From positions 1-37,117 of IMG/VR virus record IMGVR_UViG_3300029318_000028: 37,117 nucleotides of DNA. The stretch is one strand, 5' to 3'. A program made the position numbers and the translations under genes. The notes under the pieces are model-generated. The model did no database searches, was not told where the DNA came from, and saw nothing but the letters and a program-made list of their open reading frames with translations. This document shows, piece by piece, positions 8,455 through 18,027 of the stretch. The stretch comes from a virus (taxonomy: Duplodnaviria; Caudoviricetes). The number at the start of each line of letters is the position of its first letter. Position 1 is the first letter of the stretch.

Positions 8455-10715
8455 TGCCAAGACAAACTGTTGCTTATACTAATTTTACAGCTGGTCAATT
8501 ATCACCTAGATTAGACGGAAGAACAGATCTTACAAAATATTATAATGGTGCAAAAACATTAAATAATTTTACAATACAGCCACATGGAGGAGCTAGTCGT
8601 AGACCAGGCACAAGATTTATACACGAAGTTAAAGATAGCTCTAATGCAGCCAGGCTAATACCTTTTGAGTTTTCTACAGTACAAACCTATGTTTTAGAAT
8701 TAGGAAATCAATACATACGTTTTTTTAAAGACAAAGGAATTATCACTGAGTCTAATGTGTCAATATCGGGTATCACCAAAGCAAATCCAGCAGTTGTAAC
8801 TGCAACAGGACATGGTTATAACAATGGCGATCATGTTATTATTACTTCAGTTAGTGGGATGGTGGAAGTCAATGGTAAAACTTTTATTGTCGCTAACAAA
8901 ACCACCAACACATTTGAGCTTACAGATGTTGATGGGAACAATGTCAATTCTAGTAGTTTTACTACCTACACTTCTGGTGGTGTTGTTAATAGAATATATC
9001 AAATTACTTCCCCTTACGCAGCTGCCGATCTAAGTGCTATCAAATTTGCACAATCTGCTGATATTATGTATCTCGTACATCCAGATTACAGTGTCCGAAA
9101 ACTCACTAGGACTGGTCATACAAGTTGGTCTTTAACAGAAGTAGATTTTACTAATGGTGTTTATCTACCAGACAATGCAACCACAACAACATTAAATCCA
9201 TCTCATCATACTGTAGGCACAGGAAGAACAGTTGTTGCATCTGCAACCACAGGAATAAATGGAGGATCTGGTTTTCAATCAACAGATGTTGGTAGATTAT
9301 TACGATTTGGATCTGGTCATGGAAAGATAACAGCAGTCGCTGATACTCTTAATTTTACTATGGAAATTTTAGTAGATATGGGATCTGCTACAGCATCAAC
9401 AGATTTTGCTTTAGGTTCTTTTTCTGACACAACAGGACATCCATCTTGTGTTACTTTTTTTGAACAAAGATTAGTTTTTGCATCTACTACAGATGAACCT
9501 CAAACATTATTTTTCTCCAGGGTAAATAATTACGAAGATTTTGAAGATGATAGAAATGGCACAGTTACAGATTTATCTGCGATGACATATACGATTGCTT
9601 CTAATAGAGTTAATACGATTAGATATTTATCCGCACAAAGATCTTTGATAGCGGGTACTACGGGTGGTGAATTTGTTGTATCTGCATCGGGTACGACTCA
9701 GCCAATTACACCAACCAATATACAAATTCAAAGACAAACATCCTATGGAACAGCTAATGTAGATGCTATCCAGGTAGCGAATGTTACGATGTTTTTACAG
9801 AGAGCTAAAAGAAAAATTAGAGAACTAACCTATAGTTTTGACTTTGACTCTTATGTAGCTCCCGATATGACGATCCTGGCAGAGAATATTACAGAGTCTG
9901 GTGTTAAAGAATTATCTTATCAACAAGAACCAGAAAGTATTATCTGGGGAACAAGAGAAGATGGTAAGTTAATTGGTCTAACATATCAACGAGCAGAGGA
10001 TGTAGTCGGATGGCATATTCATGAAGTAGGTGGTTCTTTTGGTTCAGATAGTTTTGCTCATGTAGAAAATATTGCCACTATACCTGGAGATGCAGATGAA
10101 GATGATTTATACATGGTAGTAAAAAGAACTATTAATGGATCTACAAGAAGATATGTCGAATATTTAACAAACTATGATTATGGAGATAGTATTACAGATG
10201 CTTTCTTTGTTGATAGTGGTTTAGCTTATAATGGATCTGCTACAACAAGCATATCTGGATTAGATCATTTAGAAGGACAAACTGTATCTATCCTGGCTAA
10301 TGGTTCAACACATCCAGATAAAACAGTATCTAATGGAGCTGTTACCTTAGATAGAAGCTCTACCAAAGTACAAATAGGATTAGCTTATACCAGCTTATTA
10401 CAGACAATGAGAATAGAAGCGGGAGCTGCAGAGGGTGTAGCTCAAGGTCAAACAAAACGTATACACGAAGTTACAATAAGATTACTAAATTCTGTCGGTG
10501 TTGAAATAGGATCAGATTTAACCAATATGGAAAGAATACCATTTAGAAGTTCAGCAGATGCGATGGACACAGCAATAGCTCCATTTAGTGGAGATAAACA
10601 AGTAGAATTTAGAGGAGATTTTGAAACTGATGGATTTATCTATGTAAGGCAAACGCAGCCTTTACCAATAAATATTATTGGTATATATCCAAGAGTTACA
10701 ACAAATGAAGGGTAA
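8454..10715 (+). CDS. tail tubular protein B (nozzle, T7 gp12-like)
   Basis: NFTAG.LSP....R.D, GG..RRPG, RLIPFEFS, P..VTFFEQRL.F, GL.HLEG.TV, Q.QPLP motifs. Confidence 0.92.
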   Translation: MPRQTVAYTNFTAGQLSPRLDGRTDLTKYYNGAKTLNNFTIQPHGGASRRPGTRFIHEVKDSSNAARLIPFEFSTVQTYVLELGNQYIRFFKDKGIITESNVSISGITKANPAVVTATGHGYNNGDHVIITSVSGMVEVNGKTFIVANKTTNTFELTDVDGNNVNSSSFTTYTSGGVVNRIYQITSPYAAADLSAIKFAQSADIMYLVHPDYSVRKLTRTGHTSWSLTEVDFTNGVYLPDNATTTTLNPSHHTVGTGRTVVASATTGINGGSGFQSTDVGRLLRFGSGHGKITAVADTLNFTMEILVDMGSATASTDFALGSFSDTTGHPSCVTFFEQRLVFASTTDEPQTLFFSRVNNYEDFEDDRNGTVTDLSAMTYTIASNRVNTIRYLSAQRSLIAGTTGGEFVVSASGTTQPITPTNIQIQRQTSYGTANVDAIQVANVTMFLQRAKRKIRELTYSFDFDSYVAPDMTILAENITESGVKELSYQQEPESIIWGTREDGKLIGLTYQRAEDVVGWHIHEVGGSFGSDSFAHVENIATIPGDADEDDLYMVVKRTINGSTRRYVEYLTNYDYGDSITDAFFVDSGLAYNGSATTSISGLDHLEGQTVSILANGSTHPDKTVSNGAVTLDRSSTKVQIGLAYTSLLQTMRIEAGAAEGVAQGQTKRIHEVTIRLLNSVGVEIGSDLTNMERIPFRSSADAMDTAIAPFSGDKQVEFRGDFETDGFIYVRQTQPLPINIIGIYPRVTTNEG

Positions 10716-11172
10716 TTTAAATATCATTCCCTTCAAGACAGAACATGGTTTGACAATGACAAGAGGTATTATGAATGATCCAGCAGTAAAAATAGATAAA
10801 GCCTGGGAAAGTCATTTACATAACCTGGAACAACCTGGTCAAGCCTTCACTGCTGTCTATAATAATCAATACATCGTATCGGGTGGTATTTGTCATATGT
10901 GGGATAAAGTTTATGAAGGATGGGTACTAGCATCCGATAAAATATGGGATCATCCGAGAGCTGCAGCAAGAGCTGTGAAAAAAGGATTAGAACAGTTGAT
11001 TGCAGAAAATAAAGTTGTACGATTGCAAACAGCTGTTAAAAAAGACTTTGAACTTGGTCATCGTTTTGCAAAATGGCTTGGCTTAGAGAATGAAGGCACA
11101 ATGAAAAAATATATTTCAAATAACGATCATATAAGATATGCAAGGATAATAAAATGGGATTACCAGCAGTAA
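10705..11172 (+). CDS. GNAT-fold protein (T7 gp13-position)
   Basis: GG.....W..V.EGW, RLQT.V..DF..G.RFA.WLG...EG.M pattern; ATG 10705 preferred over the track's 10678. Confidence 0.75.
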   Translation: MKGNLNIIPFKTEHGLTMTRGIMNDPAVKIDKAWESHLHNLEQPGQAFTAVYNNQYIVSGGICHMWDKVYEGWVLASDKIWDHPRAAARAVKKGLEQLIAENKVVRLQTAVKKDFELGHRFAKWLGLENEGTMKKYISNNDHIRYARIIKWDYQQ

Positions 11173-11654
11173 TAGCAGCATCAACCGCAGTCGGTGCAGT
11201 AGCCAGTATCCAGGCTGGACAAGCAGCAGAAGCAGCGGGTAAATATCAACAAACAATAGCTGAACAAAATGCCAAAACATATGAACAAAAAGCAGAAAGA
11301 TCTGTTGAAATTGGTGAATACAATGTCAAAAGATTTAATAAAGATTTTGAAAAAACATTTGCTAGTGTTGAAAGAGCCTATGCTTTTTCTGGTGTAGATC
11401 CATCCAGGGGTACACCATTAGCAGTTATGGAAGATTATTTAACAGAAGCAGAAATAGAAAGAGCTAACATTAGATATAACTCATCTATTGAAGCAAACGA
11501 TTATAGAGAAGCAGCTGTGATATCCAGGATGGAAGGTAGTTTAGCCAGATACCAGGGTAGACAATTACGAACTGCATCATATTTCAAAGCTGGACAAACA
11601 TTACTTGGAGGAGCATCTGATATTATGTCAATAAACAGATATGCTGGATTATAA
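11154..11654 (+). CDS. internal virion protein (gp14-like)
   Basis: Ala/Gly-rich hydrophobic N-terminus, SGV....GTPL motif, position after nozzle and GNAT genes. Confidence 0.8.
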   Translation: MGLPAVIAASTAVGAVASIQAGQAAEAAGKYQQTIAEQNAKTYEQKAERSVEIGEYNVKRFNKDFEKTFASVERAYAFSGVDPSRGTPLAVMEDYLTEAEIERANIRYNSSIEANDYREAAVISRMEGSLARYQGRQLRTASYFKAGQTLLGGASDIMSINRYAGL

Positions 11655-13999
11655 TGGTACAGATACCAGAGTTTAAAGCTAAGACAGCTCCGACATCCCA
11701 GACGGGTACAAGACCAAGACCAGTTCCCGATATTACAGCAGCAGCTGCAGCTCCATTTGAAGCAGCTGCAGATTTAGCTGCAGATGTCCAGGCAGTGTCT
11801 ACAAGATTTTATGAAGCACAAAAATCATTACAAAGAAAAACAGAAGCAACAAAACAAATAGATTATTTAATTAAGGGTGATGAAAATAATCCTGGATTAA
11901 ATAAATTGATGTTTGATGCACAAAACAATCCAGATACAAACACTGCGTTACCACAATTTGAACAAGGATTTACAACACACAAGAATAATATTTTATCTGG
12001 AATAGAAGATAATGTAGTCAAGCAGCTTGTAGAACAAAAAGCAGATGAGTTATACACAACAAACTATGTTGATGTTCAAGCATCAGTTTGGAAAAACATT
12101 AGAGAAGATTCTATCAAAACATTAGAAGAAAATTTAAACAGAGAGTTTAATTCATACATAACAGCTGGTGGTAATACTGCAAAGAAAAATACAGCTATGA
12201 ATAGTATTGAGGGATATGTAGAAGATGCAGCTAACGATGGAATACTAAGTGTTAGTAAAGAAGAATATTTACAAACACAAATGCAAAATTTACACACACT
12301 AGAAGCAGAATTATTGGCATCAGAAAATCCAGAGGTATTTTTAAAAAATTATGAAGATGGATATTACAATGAAAAAGTAAGTCCAGAAAATTTAGTAACA
12401 TTAAAAAAACTTGCAGACACAAGAAAAGCTACAAATGATAAACAAACAGTGGCTGGTATCAAAACAGAAGGAACTGCGATTGCAGCACAAATTAGAGATT
12501 TTACTAGCATTACAAATGCGGACTATTTTAATATTAATACTTTTAATACTTTATTAGCTGCAGCTGTGCAGAATGATGCAGCACAAAGAGCAGTCGGATT
12601 ACCTGGATTACAAAAAGAGATTGAACAATTAGCAATCATTGAACAAAATTTTAACATAATACAAAAAGCTAAAAAAGCTAATCCCGATGAAGTAAAAGAA
12701 ACTTTGGATCAAGTAAGATTGGAAAACCAAAGATTATCAAAAGATCCAAATGCAGATCCATTCCAACAAAAATTATTAATTCAATTAGAAACAAGCCTGG
12801 AGAGCATTCATTCTACAATGCTAACAGAAATGCCTAACAATTTATTAAACATGGCAGAGGGTTTCGATGGTGAATTAAAATTTACAGAGTTAGATTTATT
12901 AGAACAAGATGCACAAACATTTTTACTAGCATCTGGTAATAGAAGAAAACAAGCATCAGAGGTAGCAGATTTTTATAATGTTCCATTACAGTTATTAAAA
13001 GAAGAAGAAAAAGAAAATATAAAACAAGTTTTAACAACAGGAAGCTATGATGAGAAAGTTACTGTTTTAACTAACTTAGCGATCCTGGGTAGAGAAGATT
13101 TAAAAAGTGTTTTTGTTCAATTAGGTATGGAAAAAGATGCATCCTATTACACTCATGTTGGATTAATGATTTTGGCAAATGGTGGTCGAATGGATAATAC
13201 AACCATGTCTATTTTAAAAGGTGCTGAGTTAATGGGTACAGACAGAGCTAAAGATCTTTATACCATTATTGGTGAGCATATGGATGCAGCTACAATACCA
13301 TTATTGCTAGTTGATTATATGCCTACATCTATGGTGAATAATTTAGAAAATTTAATGCCACAAATAGATCAATCAGCTCAGTTAATTTTTTTACACAAGT
13401 TAAGTTTGAACCAAAACAATATTTTAGGATCGAGTAGTGAAAAAGAAATACAAAAATTATATGAGCAATCTATACAAGAAGCTGCTGGTATGATGAAAAA
13501 AGGTGATGAATTTTATGGTGGTTTTCAAGATTTTAATGGTATGAAAATTTTATTACCACAAAATATGCCTAATAGTGAACCTTATCAATTTACAAAAAAT
13601 AGCTCTAATTATCCTACAGTACAAGAAATGTTAGAAGATGCATTAACACCAGAGCTATTAGAAAAAGCATTTACATATGAATTTGAAACTTACTCGACTG
13701 GACAAAATACAACCATTACTGAAACAAAAAAAGTTTTGCCTGTTACTGAAATAGATGGTGAATTATCTGTAACAGATTTATTTGAGAAAGAAGGTAAGAA
13801 TATATTTTTTGATGATGATGGTAAATTTTTAGATAGTATATTTTTAGAAACAGCTGACGATGGTATGTATTACATAGGGTTAGGAGATCCAAATTCTGGT
13901 ACTGCAGAATATTTTAGAGATGCAGATGGTAAAGAAATTTTGTTTAACTTAAAAAAAATTATACCAGATTTATTAGTATTGGCGATGCAGAATGAATAA
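11654..13999 (+). CDS. internal virion protein (gp15-like)
   Basis: 781 aa, helical, M..IP N-terminus; synteny within the ejectosome block. Confidence 0.7.
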   Translation: MVQIPEFKAKTAPTSQTGTRPRPVPDITAAAAAPFEAAADLAADVQAVSTRFYEAQKSLQRKTEATKQIDYLIKGDENNPGLNKLMFDAQNNPDTNTALPQFEQGFTTHKNNILSGIEDNVVKQLVEQKADELYTTNYVDVQASVWKNIREDSIKTLEENLNREFNSYITAGGNTAKKNTAMNSIEGYVEDAANDGILSVSKEEYLQTQMQNLHTLEAELLASENPEVFLKNYEDGYYNEKVSPENLVTLKKLADTRKATNDKQTVAGIKTEGTAIAAQIRDFTSITNADYFNINTFNTLLAAAVQNDAAQRAVGLPGLQKEIEQLAIIEQNFNIIQKAKKANPDEVKETLDQVRLENQRLSKDPNADPFQQKLLIQLETSLESIHSTMLTEMPNNLLNMAEGFDGELKFTELDLLEQDAQTFLLASGNRRKQASEVADFYNVPLQLLKEEEKENIKQVLTTGSYDEKVTVLTNLAILGREDLKSVFVQLGMEKDASYYTHVGLMILANGGRMDNTTMSILKGAELMGTDRAKDLYTIIGEHMDAATIPLLLVDYMPTSMVNNLENLMPQIDQSAQLIFLHKLSLNQNNILGSSSEKEIQKLYEQSIQEAAGMMKKGDEFYGGFQDFNGMKILLPQNMPNSEPYQFTKNSSNYPTVQEMLEDALTPELLEKAFTYEFETYSTGQNTTITETKKVLPVTEIDGELSVTDLFEKEGKNIFFDDDGKFLDSIFLETADDGMYYIGLGDPNSGTAEYFRDADGKEILFNLKKIIPDLLVLAMQNE

Positions 14000-14528
14000 T
14001 ATTGATTGGGATTTTATACATGAATTAGAAGGTGCTGGTCTTAGCCAGGGATACCAACCAACAAATAATTCTGGTGTAACAATAGCTAGTGGTTTTGATT
14101 TAAAAGAAAAAGATGAAGCATTTTGCCAGGCTATAGGAATAGATCAAAGAGTTATTAATAAATTAAAACCATATTTTGGTTTACATGGAGAACAAGCTAA
14201 AACATTTGCAAATTCATTAGTTTTAGAAAAAGAAGAAGTAGATCACATTGACGAATGCTCCAGGCATTTTTATGCAAAAGATCTACAAAGACAATATGAG
14301 TTATATGATCCTGTAGTTCCTTTTGAGGAGCTAGATCAAGGTCAAGCCACAGTTTTAATCTCTGTTGGTTTTCAATATGGTAGTTATAGAAGAACTCCAT
14401 CGTTTATAAAATATGCAACCGATGGAAACTGGGATGCAGTCTATGAAGAACTCCAGGAGTTTGGAGATGCTTTTCCTACCAGGAGAAAAAAAGAAGCAGA
14501 ATATTTAAAAAACTATGGCACAATTTAA
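13992..14528 (+). CDS. pesticin C-terminal-like muramidase
   Basis: IDWDFI.ELEG, SGVTIASGFDL, TV..SV.FQYG and F.D.FPTRR..EA.YL match the pesticin/T4-lysozyme-like family. Confidence 0.85.
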   Translation: MNNIDWDFIHELEGAGLSQGYQPTNNSGVTIASGFDLKEKDEAFCQAIGIDQRVINKLKPYFGLHGEQAKTFANSLVLEKEEVDHIDECSRHFYAKDLQRQYELYDPVVPFEELDQGQATVLISVGFQYGSYRRTPSFIKYATDGNWDAVYEELQEFGDAFPTRRKKEAEYLKNYGTI

Positions 14529-17500
14529 GATATCAGAAACAAACAAAACATCTTTTTTTACAGATAATGTTCACGATAGACCAAACAGAAATAATCAATT
14601 TGGTGATAAAACTGTCAAAGCTAGACCAAGACTAGACGATGAAATAGCAAAAACTCAATACGATTTACAATTAAATTTTAGAAACTCTAACTCTGAAATG
14701 ATTAATATCATGGAAGATATGGATAAAGTTACACAAGATTTTTTTAGTTTAACTGGCATTTATTACAACATGAATGATTATGTAGCAGAAGTAGACGAAC
14801 CATTTATGTATTCAAACAATATAGAGTTCGATCCAGGAGGATCTTATGTTGGGGAATATTTTGGTAGTGCTACATCTATGAACCATGTCCGAGCAAAACA
14901 ACAATACATTAATCGTAAAATTGAAGAATACTTTGAAAAAAATCCAGAACAAAGAGGTAGTAAATTAGGTGGTTTTAGAGATTATTCATACTATGAAAAT
15001 GCCAGGAGAAACGAATTAGCTGAATTAGAACAAGAAGCTGCTATTGGTCAAAAGTATAATGATGGCAGTACATTGTCTGCATCTATTTTTGGTGGTGGTT
15101 TAGCTATATTTCAAGATCCATTAATTATAGAAAGTTTACCAGTTATTGCTGCATCTGGTGGAAGTTTTGCAAGTATAATGGGTATTGTTAGAATGGCAGC
15201 TTCAGAAGCTGTTATATCGGGTACATATGAAGCTGTCATACAATCCAAAGTTGTTAGTTATAATCAAAGGCTAGGATCTGATTATGGATGGAAAGAGGCA
15301 TCTGCAGCTATAGCTCTTGCAGCTGGAGGTGGTGCATTAGCAACCGCTGCATTAGGCGGAACAATAAAAACTTTTTTTAATGGTTATTCTAAAATACTAA
15401 GAGCTACACCAAATGGTAAAGCAAAAGCAATAGCACAAGAAATAGATAAATTAATAGATGAAGCTCCTATCCTGGATGATGCTTATGCTACTAAGGTGAT
15501 GGATTATATTAATAAAAATATACAAACATTTAACACTGCAGAAAAAGCACAATTTTTAGAAACTATTATAGAAAATACACCAAGAGGAGTTACACCTACA
15601 GTTAAGACAGCACAACAAGTTTTAGAAGGTGATGAATTGATTGATACAACCAATCCGTTAGAAAGCACACCAAGAGGTAAACAAGAACATATTGAAAGAG
15701 TGCAAAATGCTGGTGAAGGATTGTTATCTGGTGAAAATAAACTGAATGACGAAACCAGAACACCAATAGATTATACAAAAAATTTTGACAACAATTCTAA
15801 TGTTATTAGAGAAGTAAGATTAGATCCAGATGAGATAGAAGTAGAGCCAGATGTATTTCAATTTAAAACAGAAGAAATAGATCCGCAAACAGGAGTATCA
15901 CCAAAACTTAAAGGTATAACAGAATGGGATCAAGATGCTGCTAATGTTGTGATGGTGTTTGAATATGCTGATGGTAGAAAAGTAATAGCAGATGGTCATC
16001 AAAGACTAGCTCTTGCAAAAAGAATAAAAGCGATGGGTAAACAAAAACCTTACCTATTAGCAACCATACGCAGAGAAGTTGATGGTCATACACCAGAAGA
16101 AACAATGGTAGCTGCGATGATGTTAAACGTACACCAGGGTACAGCTAGTGCTGCTGATGTGGCAAAGATCTTAAAAATCAAACCAGATTATGTCCAGGCT
16201 ATTAAGGGTAAAATATCACCTAGATCTGTATTATGGGAAAATGCCAGGGGTTTATCAAAGCTCAGTCCAGAAGCCTGGCAATATTATTTAAACAATAATG
16301 TACCAGATAAGATAGCTGCTATTGTTGGAGATCTTGTTGAAGATCCAGATTTACATATCCAGGTTATAGATTTTATTACAAAAAATAATTTTGCTAATGA
16401 ACAACAAATAAGATTAGCTATCCAGGATGTTATTAGCCAGGGTGTATCTACTAGAGAAGTCCAGGATCTTTTTGGTACACAAACAATCAAAGAATTATTA
16501 ATTAAAGAAAGAGCAGAGATCTTAGACAAAGCAATCAAAGAATTAAAGAAAGATAAAAATATTGCTGGATTTTTAGTTAATAATGAAGCAAAAATATTAA
16601 AAAAAGGTAAGAACAAACTAGATAGTGATTTTAATAAAAAAGCCTTAGAAGAAAGTGCTTTGGCTATAGAGAAGATTATTAAACTTGCTAATATGAAAGG
16701 AGCAATATCAGATGAGCTTAACATCGCAGCCAAACTTTTCAAAGATGGGAATAAGCAAGAAGCAGTCCAATCTTTTAAAGAAGCTATCACCACAGCAATT
16801 AAAAATGGCGATCTTGACAGGGTTACACCAGGCAGAGTTGAACGCACTGCGTTATCTGAAGGATATACACAAGAGCAACCAAATATCCCTAAAGAAACAG
16901 AAGCCAACAAAAACCTAAAAAATTCAGAGAATGTTCACGATGGTAAACAACAATACGATCAAGAATATGGATCTGTAGAAAACACGATTAATGACATTCG
17001 TGTTGCTAACAAATTAGATACACCAAAAGAACCAGCCAAAGTAGAAATACAAAGTAAAACATTAGCTGAAATATCAGAATTACCAGATGATGTATTAAAG
17101 AACCAGGCTGATGAATTAATAGATCATCCAGAAATAGTACGTCTAAGAGAGTTATCTCTTAGTAAAGAAACTACTATTAAAAGAGCTGGTGGTACTTTTG
17201 ACGAAAATTGGCAACAACAAAGAGGATGGCAGCAAGTTGTTGATGATTTGTATGGAGAAGGTGCAGCAGTACAAAACAAAGAACTTACTGTATTTATTGG
17301 ATTACCAGCATCTGGTAAATCAACACTAGCTGCAGCTCAACAAAAAGAATTAGGTGCTATTATTATTGACTCAGACTTTGTTAAAGAACATCCTAATTTT
17401 GCAAAAGATTACGATAAAGGTAATGGAGCTGGTGCTTTACACGAAGAAAGTAAAGCTATACAAGAGCTTATTATTGATAGAGCTTTTAATAATGGTGATA

Positions 17501-18027
17501 ATATTATAGTTCCCATTGTTGGAAGTGGTGGAAAATCTATTGAAAAATATATTGATTTAGCAAAGGCATATGGATATTCTTTAGTTGTCAAATATGTAGA
17601 GGTAGATGAAGCTACCGCTATTACCAGAAATGTAAAAAGAATTTATAACGATGGCAGATTTGTAGATCCTCAATATATTAAGGATGCCTATAAAGGTGCT
17701 TTACAAAATTACACAAAAGGAAAGGAGAAAGCCGATGGCTACGAAAAAATTAACCTTGAAGGAGCTAGACCAGTTACGAAAGAAATCGGTGGAAAGGCAC
17801 AAACAAATGGAGGAAGCAGACAACCAGATGGTGGACAGGCTTATTCAAAAAGCGAAACAGAAGAAATTGAAGGAATCTTCGCTAAATTAGATCCACAATA
17901 CCAGGTTATGACTGGTGTTGATGCTGATGGTAATGTTGTTATGCAATCAGCTAATGATGTTTTACTAGATCTAAATAAAGATAAAAAAGCAATAGACTTT
18001 TTAGAAGGATGTCCAGGTCTTAAATGA
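14515..18027 (+). CDS. large internal virion protein with ParB/Srx-like domain and C-terminal zeta-toxin-like P-loop kinase
   Basis: Hydrophobic Gly/Ala segments near aa 185-280; FQFK...GV...L.G...WD...VIADGHQRL (about 15810-16150); VFIGLPASGKST, IIDSD, LHEES and R......GRFV (about 17270-17720). Confidence 0.8.
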   Translation: MAQFKISETNKTSFFTDNVHDRPNRNNQFGDKTVKARPRLDDEIAKTQYDLQLNFRNSNSEMINIMEDMDKVTQDFFSLTGIYYNMNDYVAEVDEPFMYSNNIEFDPGGSYVGEYFGSATSMNHVRAKQQYINRKIEEYFEKNPEQRGSKLGGFRDYSYYENARRNELAELEQEAAIGQKYNDGSTLSASIFGGGLAIFQDPLIIESLPVIAASGGSFASIMGIVRMAASEAVISGTYEAVIQSKVVSYNQRLGSDYGWKEASAAIALAAGGGALATAALGGTIKTFFNGYSKILRATPNGKAKAIAQEIDKLIDEAPILDDAYATKVMDYINKNIQTFNTAEKAQFLETIIENTPRGVTPTVKTAQQVLEGDELIDTTNPLESTPRGKQEHIERVQNAGEGLLSGENKLNDETRTPIDYTKNFDNNSNVIREVRLDPDEIEVEPDVFQFKTEEIDPQTGVSPKLKGITEWDQDAANVVMVFEYADGRKVIADGHQRLALAKRIKAMGKQKPYLLATIRREVDGHTPEETMVAAMMLNVHQGTASAADVAKILKIKPDYVQAIKGKISPRSVLWENARGLSKLSPEAWQYYLNNNVPDKIAAIVGDLVEDPDLHIQVIDFITKNNFANEQQIRLAIQDVISQGVSTREVQDLFGTQTIKELLIKERAEILDKAIKELKKDKNIAGFLVNNEAKILKKGKNKLDSDFNKKALEESALAIEKIIKLANMKGAISDELNIAAKLFKDGNKQEAVQSFKEAITTAIKNGDLDRVTPGRVERTALSEGYTQEQPNIPKETEANKNLKNSENVHDGKQQYDQEYGSVENTINDIRVANKLDTPKEPAKVEIQSKTLAEISELPDDVLKNQADELIDHPEIVRLRELSLSKETTIKRAGGTFDENWQQQRGWQQVVDDLYGEGAAVQNKELTVFIGLPASGKSTLAAAQQKELGAIIIDSDFVKEHPNFAKDYDKGNGAGALHEESKAIQELIIDRAFNNGDNIIVPIVGSGGKSIEKYIDLAKAYGYSLVVKYVEVDEATAITRNVKRIYNDGRFVDPQYIKDAYKGALQNYTKGKEKADGYEKINLEGARPVTKEIGGKAQTNGGSRQPDGGQAYSKSETEEIEGIFAKLDPQYQVMTGVDADGNVVMQSANDVLLDLNKDKKAIDFLEGCPGLK
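16712..16918 (+). CDS. putative nested (+1 frame) small protein
   Basis: AAAGGAG at 16696-16702, 9 nt before ATG; host frame shifts to atypical C-ending codons over this span. Confidence 0.4.
   Translation: MSLTSQPNFSKMGISKKQSNLLKKLSPQQLKMAILTGLHQAELNALRYLKDIHKSNQISLKKQKPTKT
17735..17890 (+). CDS. putative nested (+1 frame) 51-aa helical protein, candidate antitoxin
   Basis: AAAGGAG at 17721-17727, 7 nt before ATG; MATKKLTLKELDQLRKKSVERHKQMEEADNQMVDRLIQKAKQKKLKESSLN; host frame is low-complexity Gly-rich here. Confidence 0.6.
   Translation: MATKKLTLKELDQLRKKSVERHKQMEEADNQMVDRLIQKAKQKKLKESSLN

Noticed and set aside
8812-9033. 73-aa +1-frame ORF inside the nozzle gene
   Set aside because: Leu/Met-rich shadow of Thr/Asn/Val codons; weak SD and the host frame keeps normal codon usage, unlike the two nested ORFs reported
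16284-16910. 208-aa antisense ORF in the large virion gene
   Set aside because: TTG start, no SD seen, Ser/Leu/Ile/Phe composition typical of the reverse complement of a Lys/Glu/Asp-rich gene
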